From positions 1 through 29,988 of the forward strand of contig NZ_PQWO01000036.1 in NCBI RefSeq assembly GCF_003231495.1: DNA of 29,988 nt, read 5' to 3'. A program made the translations under genes and the position numbers. Of this stretch, positions 22,933 to 29,988 are shown in pieces; positions within the stretch are counted from its first letter, which is position 1; every line of letters starts with the position of its first letter. The notes beneath the pieces are model-generated. The model saw nothing but the letters and a program-made list of their open reading frames with translations, was not told where the DNA came from and did no database searches. Origin of the DNA: Acaryochloris thomasi RCC1774. Lineage in GTDB: Bacteria > Cyanobacteriota > Cyanobacteriia > Thermosynechococcales > Thermosynechococcaceae.

Positions 22933-23784
22933 ATGTTTCTAATCACTGGTGCAACAGGTAATAATGGACAAGAGATTGTAAAACAACTGGTTGCTGCCGG
23001 ACAATGCGTGCGGATATTAGTACGCGATCCGCAAAAAGCAGCAGATTTACAGGCTTTGGGTGTTGAAATTGCCACAGGTGATCTTGATCACCCTGACACC
23101 CTCGATCGAGCATTCGAGAGTATTGAGAAAGCCTTGCTCTTGCCTGCCAATTCTCTTCAACAAGTTGAACAAGAACAGAATTTCATTGATGCAGCGAAAC
23201 GCGCTGACACCATGCACATTGTGAAATTCTCGGCAGCAGGTGCGGATAGGAATTCCCCGATTCAGATTCTCAACTGGCATGGTCAAGCAGAACAATATCT
23301 GGAGCAATCGGGAATTCCCTTTACCCACCTGCGACCGGTCTTTTTCATGCAAAACCTTCTGCAATTTGCCGCACCAACCCAAAACGAGATTTATCTGCCC
23401 TTTGGTGATGCCACTGTAGCGATGGTAGACATTCGCGATATCGCCGCCGTTGTAGTCAAAGCGTTAATCGAACCCGAACACGAGGGCAAGGCTTACACCA
23501 TTACCGGTGCAGAAGCTCTGACAATGCATCAAGCCGTTGATCGCATTTCCCAAGTACGTGGCAGACCTCTACATTACGTCGCTGTCACCGCTGAGGGATT
23601 CAAACAGGGCTTGTTGCAATGGGGACAACCAGAATGGTTAGCAGGTGCCTTGAGCGATCTGTTGGCAAGCGTTGCCGAAGGTAGACAGTCAGCAGTGACC
23701 ACTGCGATCGCCGATGTCGCCCAAAAACAACCTATCTCATTTGCTCAATTCACTCAAGATTACGCTTCAGCTTTCAAAGGTTAA
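22933..23784 (+). CDS. NmrA-like / atypical SDR NAD(P)-binding protein
   Basis: MFLITGATGNNGQEIVKQLVAAG is the Rossmann motif, and the NmrA-like pattern continues (FTHLRPVFFMQNL). The ATG at 22933 is preferred over the TTG at 22921. Confidence 0.85.
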   Translation: MFLITGATGNNGQEIVKQLVAAGQCVRILVRDPQKAADLQALGVEIATGDLDHPDTLDRAFESIEKALLLPANSLQQVEQEQNFIDAAKRADTMHIVKFSAAGADRNSPIQILNWHGQAEQYLEQSGIPFTHLRPVFFMQNLLQFAAPTQNEIYLPFGDATVAMVDIRDIAAVVVKALIEPEHEGKAYTITGAEALTMHQAVDRISQVRGRPLHYVAVTAEGFKQGLLQWGQPEWLAGALSDLLASVAEGRQSAVTTAIADVAQKQPISFAQFTQDYASAFKG

Positions 23785-23808
23785 TTCTCAAATAGTAGGT
23801 ATCCAATC

Positions 23809-24711
23809 ATGACTAAGATCGACAAAACCAAACCCATTGTTTTAGTGCTTGGCTCCACCGGGCAAGTTGGAAAATTAATTGTGGAAGCCTTGAGTTACGA
23901 CAAGGAAGTTCGCGTTCGCGTGACTTCTCGCAGATCCGAACAGGTTGAAGCACTGCGCCAACGAGGACAGGATGCCGTTTATCTAGATTTAGACGACCCA
24001 CACACCTTTGCGGGCGCACTGGCGGGAGTCGATCGCCTTTTCTTACTCACAGGCTATACAGTAGCAATGCTCGTGCAGAGCAAAACCTTGATTGACGCGG
24101 CGAAAAAAGCAGGCGTACAACACATTGTTCATCTGGGCATTTTTGGCGAGTGGGACTGTACCGATCCGCACTTTGCATGGCATCAGATGATCGAGCGCTA
24201 CATCGTAGCTAGTGGAATGGCTTGGACGCATCTCCACCCAAACTATTTCATGGAAAATCTGTTGGGAATTGCACCTTTAAAGGACGGTGTGTTTTCGATG
24301 TTTTGTGGCGATCGCCGTTTGGGCATGGTTGCTCTCAAGGATGTAGCGGCGGTGGCGGGAACGATATTGCGCGAAGGTTCAACCAAATTTGCGGGTAAGG
24401 ACTACTGGATGAGTACGGTCGCTTTGAATGGCGCAGAAGCGGCCGTAATCTTGAGCAAGGTACTGCAACAAGAAATCCATTGTGACTACAAACAACCCGA
24501 AGACCTAGGAGACCTGTTGATGTCTGGAGATATTCCGGTTGAGCCAAACTATGCTGAGGCGAGTGTGGAGTTTATGCGCCAAGTCATGGATGGTCGGATG
24601 GGCTATATCGGCAGCGTCCGCGATGACGTGCAATTTGTTACGGGTAAACCTTCAACATCTTTTGAGCAATGGGCGATTGAGAATCGCGATCGTCTAATTC
24701 CAAACAAGTAA
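23809..24711 (+). CDS. NmrA-like / atypical SDR NAD(P)-binding protein (second paralogue)
   Basis: VLVLGSTGQVGKLIVEAL is the Rossmann motif. WTHLHPNYFMENL parallels the neighbouring paralogue. Confidence 0.85.
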   Translation: MTKIDKTKPIVLVLGSTGQVGKLIVEALSYDKEVRVRVTSRRSEQVEALRQRGQDAVYLDLDDPHTFAGALAGVDRLFLLTGYTVAMLVQSKTLIDAAKKAGVQHIVHLGIFGEWDCTDPHFAWHQMIERYIVASGMAWTHLHPNYFMENLLGIAPLKDGVFSMFCGDRRLGMVALKDVAAVAGTILREGSTKFAGKDYWMSTVALNGAEAAVILSKVLQQEIHCDYKQPEDLGDLLMSGDIPVEPNYAEASVEFMRQVMDGRMGYIGSVRDDVQFVTGKPSTSFEQWAIENRDRLIPNK

Positions 24712-24802
24712 GCGATTCAAATTACGGCTGAGGAATAGATCGTGACGATCCTTTATCGCACCATTACTGTGAATGGATGCATAAAGATTGTGAAACCGCT
24801 GT

Positions 24803-24885
24803 ATAACAACGCGGTGCAACGGACGGTATACAATTTGTTGGCGGCGATGCAGAGGTAGTCTGCCGCCGCTGACCTTAGCCGTTAA
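24803..24885 (+). repeat. REP-like structured element, copy B
   Basis: The leader is ATAACAACGCGGTGCAACGGA. The outer stem is AACGG (24818-24822) ... CCGTT (24879-24883), and the inner stem is GGCGGC (24840-24845) / GCCGCC (24862-24867). Confidence 0.35.
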
Positions 24886-24889
24886 TTTT

Positions 24890-25072
24890 CAACGACACCG
24901 AAGCGCACCAAAATACAGAGTGTTGTTTGGCAGAGTTTCCTGTAAGCCATGCAGGGAAAAGGCTATAGGCATCCTAAGCTAGGACTGGAGAATCTATGTA
25001 AGCCGCGTGGGAACGCCTCCGATAATCTGGAGGCACTAGAAAAACACCCTCAGAAATCTAGGGAGGCTTGCT
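24890..25072 (+). ncRNA. candidate IS110 bridge (seek) RNA in the 5' non-coding end
   Basis: This about 180-nt non-coding leader sits directly upstream of the IS110 recombinase gene. It contains several short stems (CCTG...CAGG 24938-24954, CCTCC...GGAGG 25017-25034, CCCT...AGGG 25048-25064) and a duplicated TGTAAGCC (24940-24947 and 24997-25004). The assignment is by position and analogy only. Confidence 0.3.
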
Positions 25073-26131
25073 ATGAAAATCTTGGCAATTGATTTAGGGA
25101 AATTCAAGAGTGTGTCGTGTCTTTTGGATACTGAGAACAATCAAACAGAATTTCAAACTATACCAACATTGCGCTGGGCCTTTGAACAGTTACTCAATAC
25201 AACTCACCCACACCAAGTCGTGTTTGAGACCAGTGCAGTCAGTGGTTGGGTTCATGACTTGTGTCAAAGCTTAGGCTATCGAGTATTGGTTGCGAACCCC
25301 AATGCAGATGCTTGGCAATGGCGGAACGTCAAACGAAAAACGGATAAAGATGATGCTCTTAAACTCGCCAAGCTGAGCGCACTAGATCAAATTCAATCTG
25401 TTCATATGCCGACTCCAGCAGCTAGACAGTATAAGCGGTTAGTAAAATTCCGTAAGACTATAGTGAGGCAAATCAATCAACTCAAAAATGGAATACGGGC
25501 TTTATTCTGCGCTCAAGGGATGACTATGTTGACCGGGGCGAAGGCTTGGACCCTTGAAGGACTTGCAAAATTAGAGAAGCATCGAAAGTCTTTATCAGAA
25601 TGCAATATGGAAGAATTATGGCGAGGGGAATTAGATGTGGATCTGACGTTGCTTAACACCCTCTCAGAACAGCTAAATCAACTTGAGAAATACTTGACAC
25701 AACGGGCTAAACAAGAAGAACGAGTGCAACTATTGATGAGTATTCCTGGGGTTGGACGGTGTCTGGCCGAAGTGATTGTCACTTGCTTGGATGATCCTCA
25801 TCGCTTCCAAAATGCGAGACAAGTCTCATCCTATGCTGGCCTTGTTCCTCGTCAACATCAAAGTGGGCAAACCAATCGGCTAGGGAAGATTTCTAAACGT
25901 GGCTCTCGATTATTGCGTTCAACCTTAGTGGAGGCAGCTTGGCTCTCTTTGCAATACAACCCGTGGGCAGTAGAGATTTTTAATCGCATTAGTGGTGGAC
26001 AAAAAACGCGCAGGAAAACGGCGATTGTGGCAGTGGCAAGAAAACTCCTTGTTCGCTGCTGGGCAATGTTACGGCACAATCAACCTTGGAATCCCATGTT
26101 GATGCAACAACTCGTTGAGAAGGCTGCTTAA
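25073..26131 (+). CDS. IS110-family transposase/recombinase (DEDD RuvC-like N-terminal domain plus Transposase_20 C-terminal domain)
   Basis: MKILAIDLGKFKS carries the first Asp. Further matches are VVFETSAVSGW, the coiled middle region, and IPGVGRCLAEVIV...YAGLVPRQHQSGQTNRLGKISKRGSRLLRSTLVEAAW. GGGAGG lies upstream of the ATG. Confidence 0.9.
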   Translation: MKILAIDLGKFKSVSCLLDTENNQTEFQTIPTLRWAFEQLLNTTHPHQVVFETSAVSGWVHDLCQSLGYRVLVANPNADAWQWRNVKRKTDKDDALKLAKLSALDQIQSVHMPTPAARQYKRLVKFRKTIVRQINQLKNGIRALFCAQGMTMLTGAKAWTLEGLAKLEKHRKSLSECNMEELWRGELDVDLTLLNTLSEQLNQLEKYLTQRAKQEERVQLLMSIPGVGRCLAEVIVTCLDDPHRFQNARQVSSYAGLVPRQHQSGQTNRLGKISKRGSRLLRSTLVEAAWLSLQYNPWAVEIFNRISGGQKTRRKTAIVAVARKLLVRCWAMLRHNQPWNPMLMQQLVEKAA

Positions 26132-26329
26132 TGTCTGATTTCAATGAAACGCTCGAACCGTAACTTGCAGATCTACATTGTTTGCTAAGACAAATTACTC
26201 AATTGGATTTCCCGAGCATGAGCTTGTGATTTCTCATAATCTGCAAAAAGGTTGCTCTGGTGAATGAGCCATGCTCTATATTGTAAAGACTCTTGAGATA
26301 ATGCAATATGAAGCTTTTCAACCCAAGAA

Positions 26330-26576
26330 AAGTGAACAGCATTAACAACTCGGATAGTTGGTTAGAAACCAATCTGATACTTTGACTACGCAGACAAAAC
26401 ACCTCGCTAATTCTTGTTCCTCATGGAATGAGCGCTTCAGGCTGAGGAAAAGTAAACAGACTCAGGAGGAAAATCTCTCAAACTATATTGACTCCGTTGG
26501 CGGCTTCATAGTTGAGAAATCCAGGTAAACAGGACGGGGAATTCTTGTACTCCTGCTGTTTATTCGCGACACAGCC
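26330..26576 (+). mobile_element. degenerate 3' remnant of an IS6-family element, including its right IR
   Basis: TTCGCGACACAGCC (26563-26576) matches the right IR of the intact IS (TTTGCGACACAGCC) at 13 of 14 positions. The upstream TTCTTGTACTCCTGCTG parallels TTCTTGTGCCCATGCTG. Further upstream, ATCTCT...GGCGGCTT tracks the end of the transposase gene, with indels and stop codons. Confidence 0.45.
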
Positions 26577-26918
26577 ACTTTTTGAGACCACGCTCTCAAA
26601 TGAGAGAATTCGTATCTCTATCAGATCGAAGAAAGAAATTCATGCAAGGAGTTGCAGACCTCGAAGTATTATTCAAAGCAGCTTAACGACAACTGAGAGG
26701 GGAAATGGGAAGCCTCATGGACTTTTTAGATGATTTGGCTACCCAGATCTGACAATTTCCGATACCCTTCAAACTCATATTTAGAGGATAGCCCAGGATA
26801 ATTTACAGGTGGGAAATGGCCTGATTTGTTGTGCGAGTGCTACCCATTTTGGGTGACTTTTGAACAGTTCCTAAATATATCATGATTTACACATAAGCTA
26901 TAGATTGTTTAAGCTTTC

Positions 26919-26932
26919 CTTGCGGCACAGCC
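26919..26932. repeat. second IS6 right-IR-like sequence
   Basis: CTTGCGGCACAGCC matches TTTGCGACACAGCC at 12 of 14 positions, in the same orientation as the 26563 copy. It abuts the sulfotransferase stop codon. Confidence 0.3.
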
Positions 26933-26933
26933 A

Positions 26934-27728
26934 CTAATATTGTTGCGCTTCCATCCCTTGATCAATTGTCTTGTCAATGAATTCGATATCTTCTTGCGAT
27001 AAATAGTCTAAATGCCCCCCTACTTTGCCTTTCCGTATTAGAAAGCTGTCTGGATCTTTAGTATTTGCCTGTCCAAGGACCGCAGTTTTTAGCTTGTTTT
27101 TACTTTCTAGTTTATTTAAATTTTTAAATGAGCAGTATTCTATACTACGATCAACATATTCCTCTGAAATATTTAGTTCGCCGAGAAAGCTCAGGACTTT
27201 CATTAGTGTGTCTTTAGGGGCAGTGTGTAGATCTTCATATTGAATAGAAATATACGTTCTAGGTCGATCTTGATTTTGAAGCCAAATATCATAAAACTTA
27301 AGTATTTTCAGTACACCGAATTCATCAGATCTAATGAATTCAGAAATCGTACCCTCAAAGTCCTTGCTTCTCTTTGTTGTGTGAAAGTATGAAGACACTA
27401 ATGTATCTTTGATGTTTCGTTTTATTAGTAAAACTTTCTTCCCATGAAATTTCCGCTTACTTGTTGATAATTTATCGTATTTTAATAGAGCTGAAAAATG
27501 TGTCTCGTCATGAGTGAACTTTATTCTTGGTAGACCTATCCCCTTTGTCAATAATTTGGGCGAGAGTATTTCAATCTCTGGCAGATCATACTTTAGTGAT
27601 AAATATTTTCTGATTAATGATTGAAGCCATGTTCTCCCACTCTTAGGATATGAGACTACATATATGTCTGTAGGACCATAAGTAACATAACGAAAAATAC
27701 GGAGAGCAATAACTAGAAGTTTATTCAT
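26934..27728 (-). CDS. PAPS-dependent sulfotransferase family protein
   Basis: The 5'-PSB loop is SYPKSGRTWLQSL (PKxGTTW type) and the 3'-PB motif is LLIKRNIKDTLVSSYFH (RNxxDxxVS type). The gene is very AT-rich. Confidence 0.85.
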   Translation of the reverse strand: MNKLLVIALRIFRYVTYGPTDIYVVSYPKSGRTWLQSLIRKYLSLKYDLPEIEILSPKLLTKGIGLPRIKFTHDETHFSALLKYDKLSTSKRKFHGKKVLLIKRNIKDTLVSSYFHTTKRSKDFEGTISEFIRSDEFGVLKILKFYDIWLQNQDRPRTYISIQYEDLHTAPKDTLMKVLSFLGELNISEEYVDRSIEYCSFKNLNKLESKNKLKTAVLGQANTKDPDSFLIRKGKVGGHLDYLSQEDIEFIDKTIDQGMEAQQY

Positions 27729-27855
27729 TGTGTTAGAATAGAACAGGTCAAATTAATAGTACTTTCAAAGTTAGCGTTTAAAAGGAAACTGTCAGTAGTG
27801 AGTAGCCAAGCCTGCTGAGAGCTGAGCTATTCTGGTAGGCTTGAACATAACCAAG

Positions 27856-28691
27856 GGTTGTGTTGCAACAACTAATTAGGGTACGAGAAAGCTAGGATTC
27901 CCCTGATTTTTTATACAGCTACCCCAAAGATGTCACAAATGAAGTGATTTTGAGACCGAATATCTCCTTTCTCAACACCAACGATCTGCCCCTTGCGAAT
28001 CGCATTCATCGTCTCATACCCTCTGATTGTTCGCTTGGCACTCCAGAAGTCTTGAAACCCAAGTCCTGCTTTGACTCTAAGTTTCACAAATCTATGATCT
28101 TGCTCCAACAGGTTATTCAGGTATTTCACGGGGCGATGTTCACACTCTTCCGATAATTCACCTGATTCTTGCAGTTCCTCAATGGCTCTGGGATAGACCA
28201 CGTATTTATCTGTGTTAATCACTCGGGGAAATTGCTCAACATGCTCTCGTTGTAAGACCTTACGCAGAAAGCGTTTAGCTGCTTGGGTGTCTCGCCTAGC
28301 TGTCAGTAAGAAGTCGAGCATGAAGCCTGATGAATCAATTGCTCGCCAAAGGTAATAGGAGCGACCTTTGATATCGATATACGTTTCGTCTAACTTCCAT
28401 GAGTCGTTGGTGGAGCGAAGATGGCGGCGGCAGCGTGCATCAAGTTCAGGGCTATAGCGCTGAACCCATCGATAGATGGTGGTGTGGTCAACTGAAACAC
28501 CCCGCTCAGCTAGCATTTCAGCAACGTCCCGATAGCTCAGTCGATACCGAAGATACCAGCGCACTGCCCACAGAATGATGCAGGGTGGATATTGGCGATA
28601 TTTGAAAGGGCGATCAACAGGCATAACTGGAAGCTAGGAGTGGCAAGGCTCCTAGCCTACCATCTCCAGCTCCAATCCTTGCAACAGAACC
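27856..28691 (-). mobile_element. second, divergent IS6-family insertion sequence (836 bp)
   Basis: The IRs are GGTTGTGTTGCAAC at 27856-27869 and CTTGCAACAGAACC at 28678-28691, whose reverse complement is GGTTCTGTTGCAAG (12/14 match). They bracket one transposase gene. Confidence 0.85.
27911..28624 (-). CDS. IS6-family DDE transposase, roughly half identical to the 4191-4901 copy by eye
   Basis: The N-terminus is FKYRQYPPCIILWAVRWYLRYRLSYRDVAEMLAERG. The DDE residues sit in WKLDETY, WRAIDSSG and NNLLEQDHR. Confidence 0.9.
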   Translation of the reverse strand: MPVDRPFKYRQYPPCIILWAVRWYLRYRLSYRDVAEMLAERGVSVDHTTIYRWVQRYSPELDARCRRHLRSTNDSWKLDETYIDIKGRSYYLWRAIDSSGFMLDFLLTARRDTQAAKRFLRKVLQREHVEQFPRVINTDKYVVYPRAIEELQESGELSEECEHRPVKYLNNLLEQDHRFVKLRVKAGLGFQDFWSAKRTIRGYETMNAIRKGQIVGVEKGDIRSQNHFICDIFGVAV

Positions 28692-28920
28692 CTCGCCTTC
28701 CGTCTCAGCGCAGCCGTCAAGATATCTGCGATATACCGACCGCATACCCTTCGCTCACAAGCTGTAGGCCAACTGACTCCCCTGCCTCTGCTACCGTCCG
28801 GCCATAGCGATCGCCCGTAATCTCCCGCAGTGCGATCGTTTGGCCGATAGGGTGCAATTGCTTGAGCCGTTGCGTTGCCGCATGATACTGAGCTGGTGAG
28901 ATTACATCCTCCCCACCCAC
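28692..28920 (-). pseudogene. internal fragment of an SNase (thermonuclease) gene: 5'-truncated, frameshifted and cut by the IS6 copy
   Basis: GDRYGRTVAEAGESVGLQLVSEGYAV is the SNase core. The frame ends GISQIS*, but a +1 frame reads VYRRYLDGCAETEGE, which fits the SNase pattern, up to the IS inverted repeat at 28691. No start codon context exists, and a stop lies just upstream at 28930-28932. Confidence 0.5.
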
Positions 28921-28954
28921 CCTGTGGAATCATTCCACAGGCAAACATCACAAA

Positions 28955-28976
28955 GGGACAACCCTAAGACTGTCCC
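28955..28976 (-). terminator. stem-loop downstream of the RRM gene; candidate intrinsic terminator
   Basis: GGGACA (28955-28960) pairs with TGTCCC (28971-28976) around a 10-nt loop. On the minus strand it is followed by TTTGTGATGTTT, and on the plus strand by TTGTTTTTTAT. Confidence 0.45.
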
Positions 28977-29028
28977 TTGTTTTTTATGGATTGAGTTATG
29001 TGATTGTTCGCAGCCTAAAGACAAGGCA

Positions 29029-29298
29029 TTACCAACCAGTGCCACCCCCGCTGTTTGTCTTGGGTCTTGCTTTGTTCACCTTGAGGTCGCGTCCCATCCA
29101 CTCAGCTCCATCAAGAGCTTCGATGGCAGCTTCCTCTTCGGCATCTTTGCTCATCTCAACGAACCCAAAACCTCTGGGGCGTCCGGTTTCACGATCGGTC
29201 GGGAGCTTGACGCTTTTGACAGTACCGTATTCGGCAAAAGCACCGCTTAAGTCTGCATCGGTGACATCGTAGGAGAGATTGCCGACGTAAATTGACAT
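29029..29298 (-). CDS. RRM-type (RNP-1/RNP-2) RNA-binding protein, cyanobacterial Rbp class
   Basis: MSIYVGNLSY is RNP-2 and RGFGFVEM is RNP-1, followed by a short Gly tail. The internal ATG at 29298 gives the canonical 89-aa protein. Confidence 0.9.
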   Translation of the reverse strand: MSIYVGNLSYDVTDADLSGAFAEYGTVKSVKLPTDRETGRPRGFGFVEMSKDAEEEAAIEALDGAEWMGRDLKVNKARPKTNSGGGTGW

Positions 29299-29410
29299 AG
29301 ATTGTTGTCCAGAAAATGAAAGTAAAATCGCAAAGCCTTGAAAAGACAATGCTTTGGTATTCTAGCGGCATCCATATGGAGCTACCCATCCGCTTTGTGA
29401 ATTAGAACAA

Positions 29411-29986
29411 TCACGATGAGTTTGATTGCTTGCCTTGAATCTCTTCAAGCACAAACATCGCCGCCCGTTGCTTGGTTAACTTCTTTTTCCCTGAGATCGC
29501 AATCCCCTCAATTCCTTCCCCTAAGAATTCCATAAAACATATACACCGATACCCTTCTTCAACTTCCTCGAACTCAAAGGTCGGTAACTCCCAGTCCATG
29601 AGCTGACAGATCTCGACCAACCGCCCCACATGATTCTGCCCATCAACCGGAGGCTTCTCTAGCAACGATCGCAACTTCTCCTCCTTCAAATCCACCATCG
29701 GTTCTACTTCAGCGACAACCACCGGCACCTCTGGCACAATCCGCGCATCAACACCCACCAGCTCCCCGTGAACAAAGGCAGAGAGCCATAACCAATAAGC
29801 CCGATGCCGCGCCACTTGTTTACGCAGATCGCAACCCGCCTCCGCCGTCGTCTGCAGCTCACCATCGATGTATACTTCAGCCCAGGCAAAAAAGCTGCTA
29901 TCCTGCGATAACTCTGTACATTTCAGAGCATCCCAAGAATCCTCTTGAATAACAGCGATAGACAACACGCTGGCCGCATCCCGCAC
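29411..29986 (-). CDS. protein with a C-terminal double-stranded-RNA-binding motif (dsRBD); the N-terminus probably extends beyond the window
   Basis: The C-terminal about 70 aa are NHVGRLVEICQLMDWELPTFEFEEVEEGYRCICFMEFLGEGIEGIAISGKKKLTKQRAAMFVLEEI. This fits the dsRBM pattern alpha1...beta strands...GxGxSKKxAKxxAA. The upstream domain is unrecognised, and the ORF is open to the window edge. Confidence 0.55.
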   Translation of the reverse strand: MRDAASVLSIAVIQEDSWDALKCTELSQDSSFFAWAEVYIDGELQTTAEAGCDLRKQVARHRAYWLWLSAFVHGELVGVDARIVPEVPVVVAEVEPMVDLKEEKLRSLLEKPPVDGQNHVGRLVEICQLMDWELPTFEFEEVEEGYRCICFMEFLGEGIEGIAISGKKKLTKQRAAMFVLEEIQGKQSNSS

Positions 29987-29988
29987 CT

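Larger units (their letters stand above)
24890..26160 (+). mobile_element. IS110-family insertion sequence; boundaries approximate
   Basis: It carries a single DEDD-type transposase gene with a long non-coding 5' end. IS110 elements lack classical inverted repeats, so the ends cannot be fixed from one copy. Confidence 0.4.

Noticed and set aside
24742-24858. A GTG-initiated 38-aa ORF (VTILYRTITVNG...) that resembles the first dozen residues of alpha/beta-hydrolase genes. This suggests a 5' stub truncated by the REP-like or IS110 insertion.
   Set aside because: The similarity rests on about 12 residues from memory of a loose N-terminal pattern, which is too weak to call a pseudogene.
26199-26733. 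ORFs at 26199-26402 (minus strand) and 26512-26733 (plus strand).
   Set aside because: Both lie within or across the degenerate IS6 remnant and its IR. Their products have no motifs, so they are likely non-coding debris.
4114-28691. The two IS6 copies as ends of a 24.6-kb composite transposon.
   Set aside because: The copies are in inverted orientation and only roughly half identical at the protein level by eye. They have different IR sequences (GGCTGTGTCGCAAA versus GGTTGTGTTGCAAC) and neither has a target duplication, so they are unrelated insertions of two different IS6-family members.

Overview
The window reads as a mosaic plasmid-like or accessory region from a cyanobacterium. By eye I count 13 copies of the HIP1 octamer GCGATCGC, and there is a cyanobacterial-type RRM RNA-binding protein. 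No rRNA, tRNA or CRISPR array was seen.

Layout:
- 1-11.4 kb is visibly AT-richer and has no HIP1 beyond position 104. It holds the 3' end of an SNase-like nuclease gene, two membrane proteins, a class-3 lipase, a truncated umuC, a complete IS6-family IS, two adjacent P-loop NTPase genes (one fused to a large polytopic membrane domain), a small secreted protein, and a secreted FG-GAP protein with four near-identical 144-bp tandem units.
- 11.5-17.4 kb is one minus-strand maintenance block. It runs from a tyrosine recombinase fused to a PRiA4_ORF3-like domain, through parA and parB, to a Cas4-like PD-(D/E)XK nuclease and two small coupled ORFs. TTAGAAGA-N4-TCTTCTAA palindromes surround the par genes.
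- 17.4-20.7 kb holds mazEF, an intergenic region with five about 20-bp direct repeats, then hicA-hicB translationally coupled to three further genes, the last encoding an ASCH domain.
- 21.1-24.7 kb is a LysR regulator with divergent SDR, NmrA-like and NmrA-like genes.
- 24.9-28.7 kb is IS debris: an IS110-family element, a degenerate IS6 remnant, an orphan sulfotransferase, and a second, divergent IS6 copy inserted in an SNase pseudogene.
- 29.0-30.0 kb holds the RRM protein and a dsRBD-containing protein that runs off the window.

The best candidate for an undescribed system is the NTPase pair at 4979-9107. Secondary candidates are the recombinase-PRiA4_ORF3 fusion, the extended hicAB operon, the repeat cluster at 18.18-18.43 kb, and the non-coding 5' end of the IS110 element as a possible bridge RNA.

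All family assignments come from reading motifs in the supplied translations. No database search was possible.
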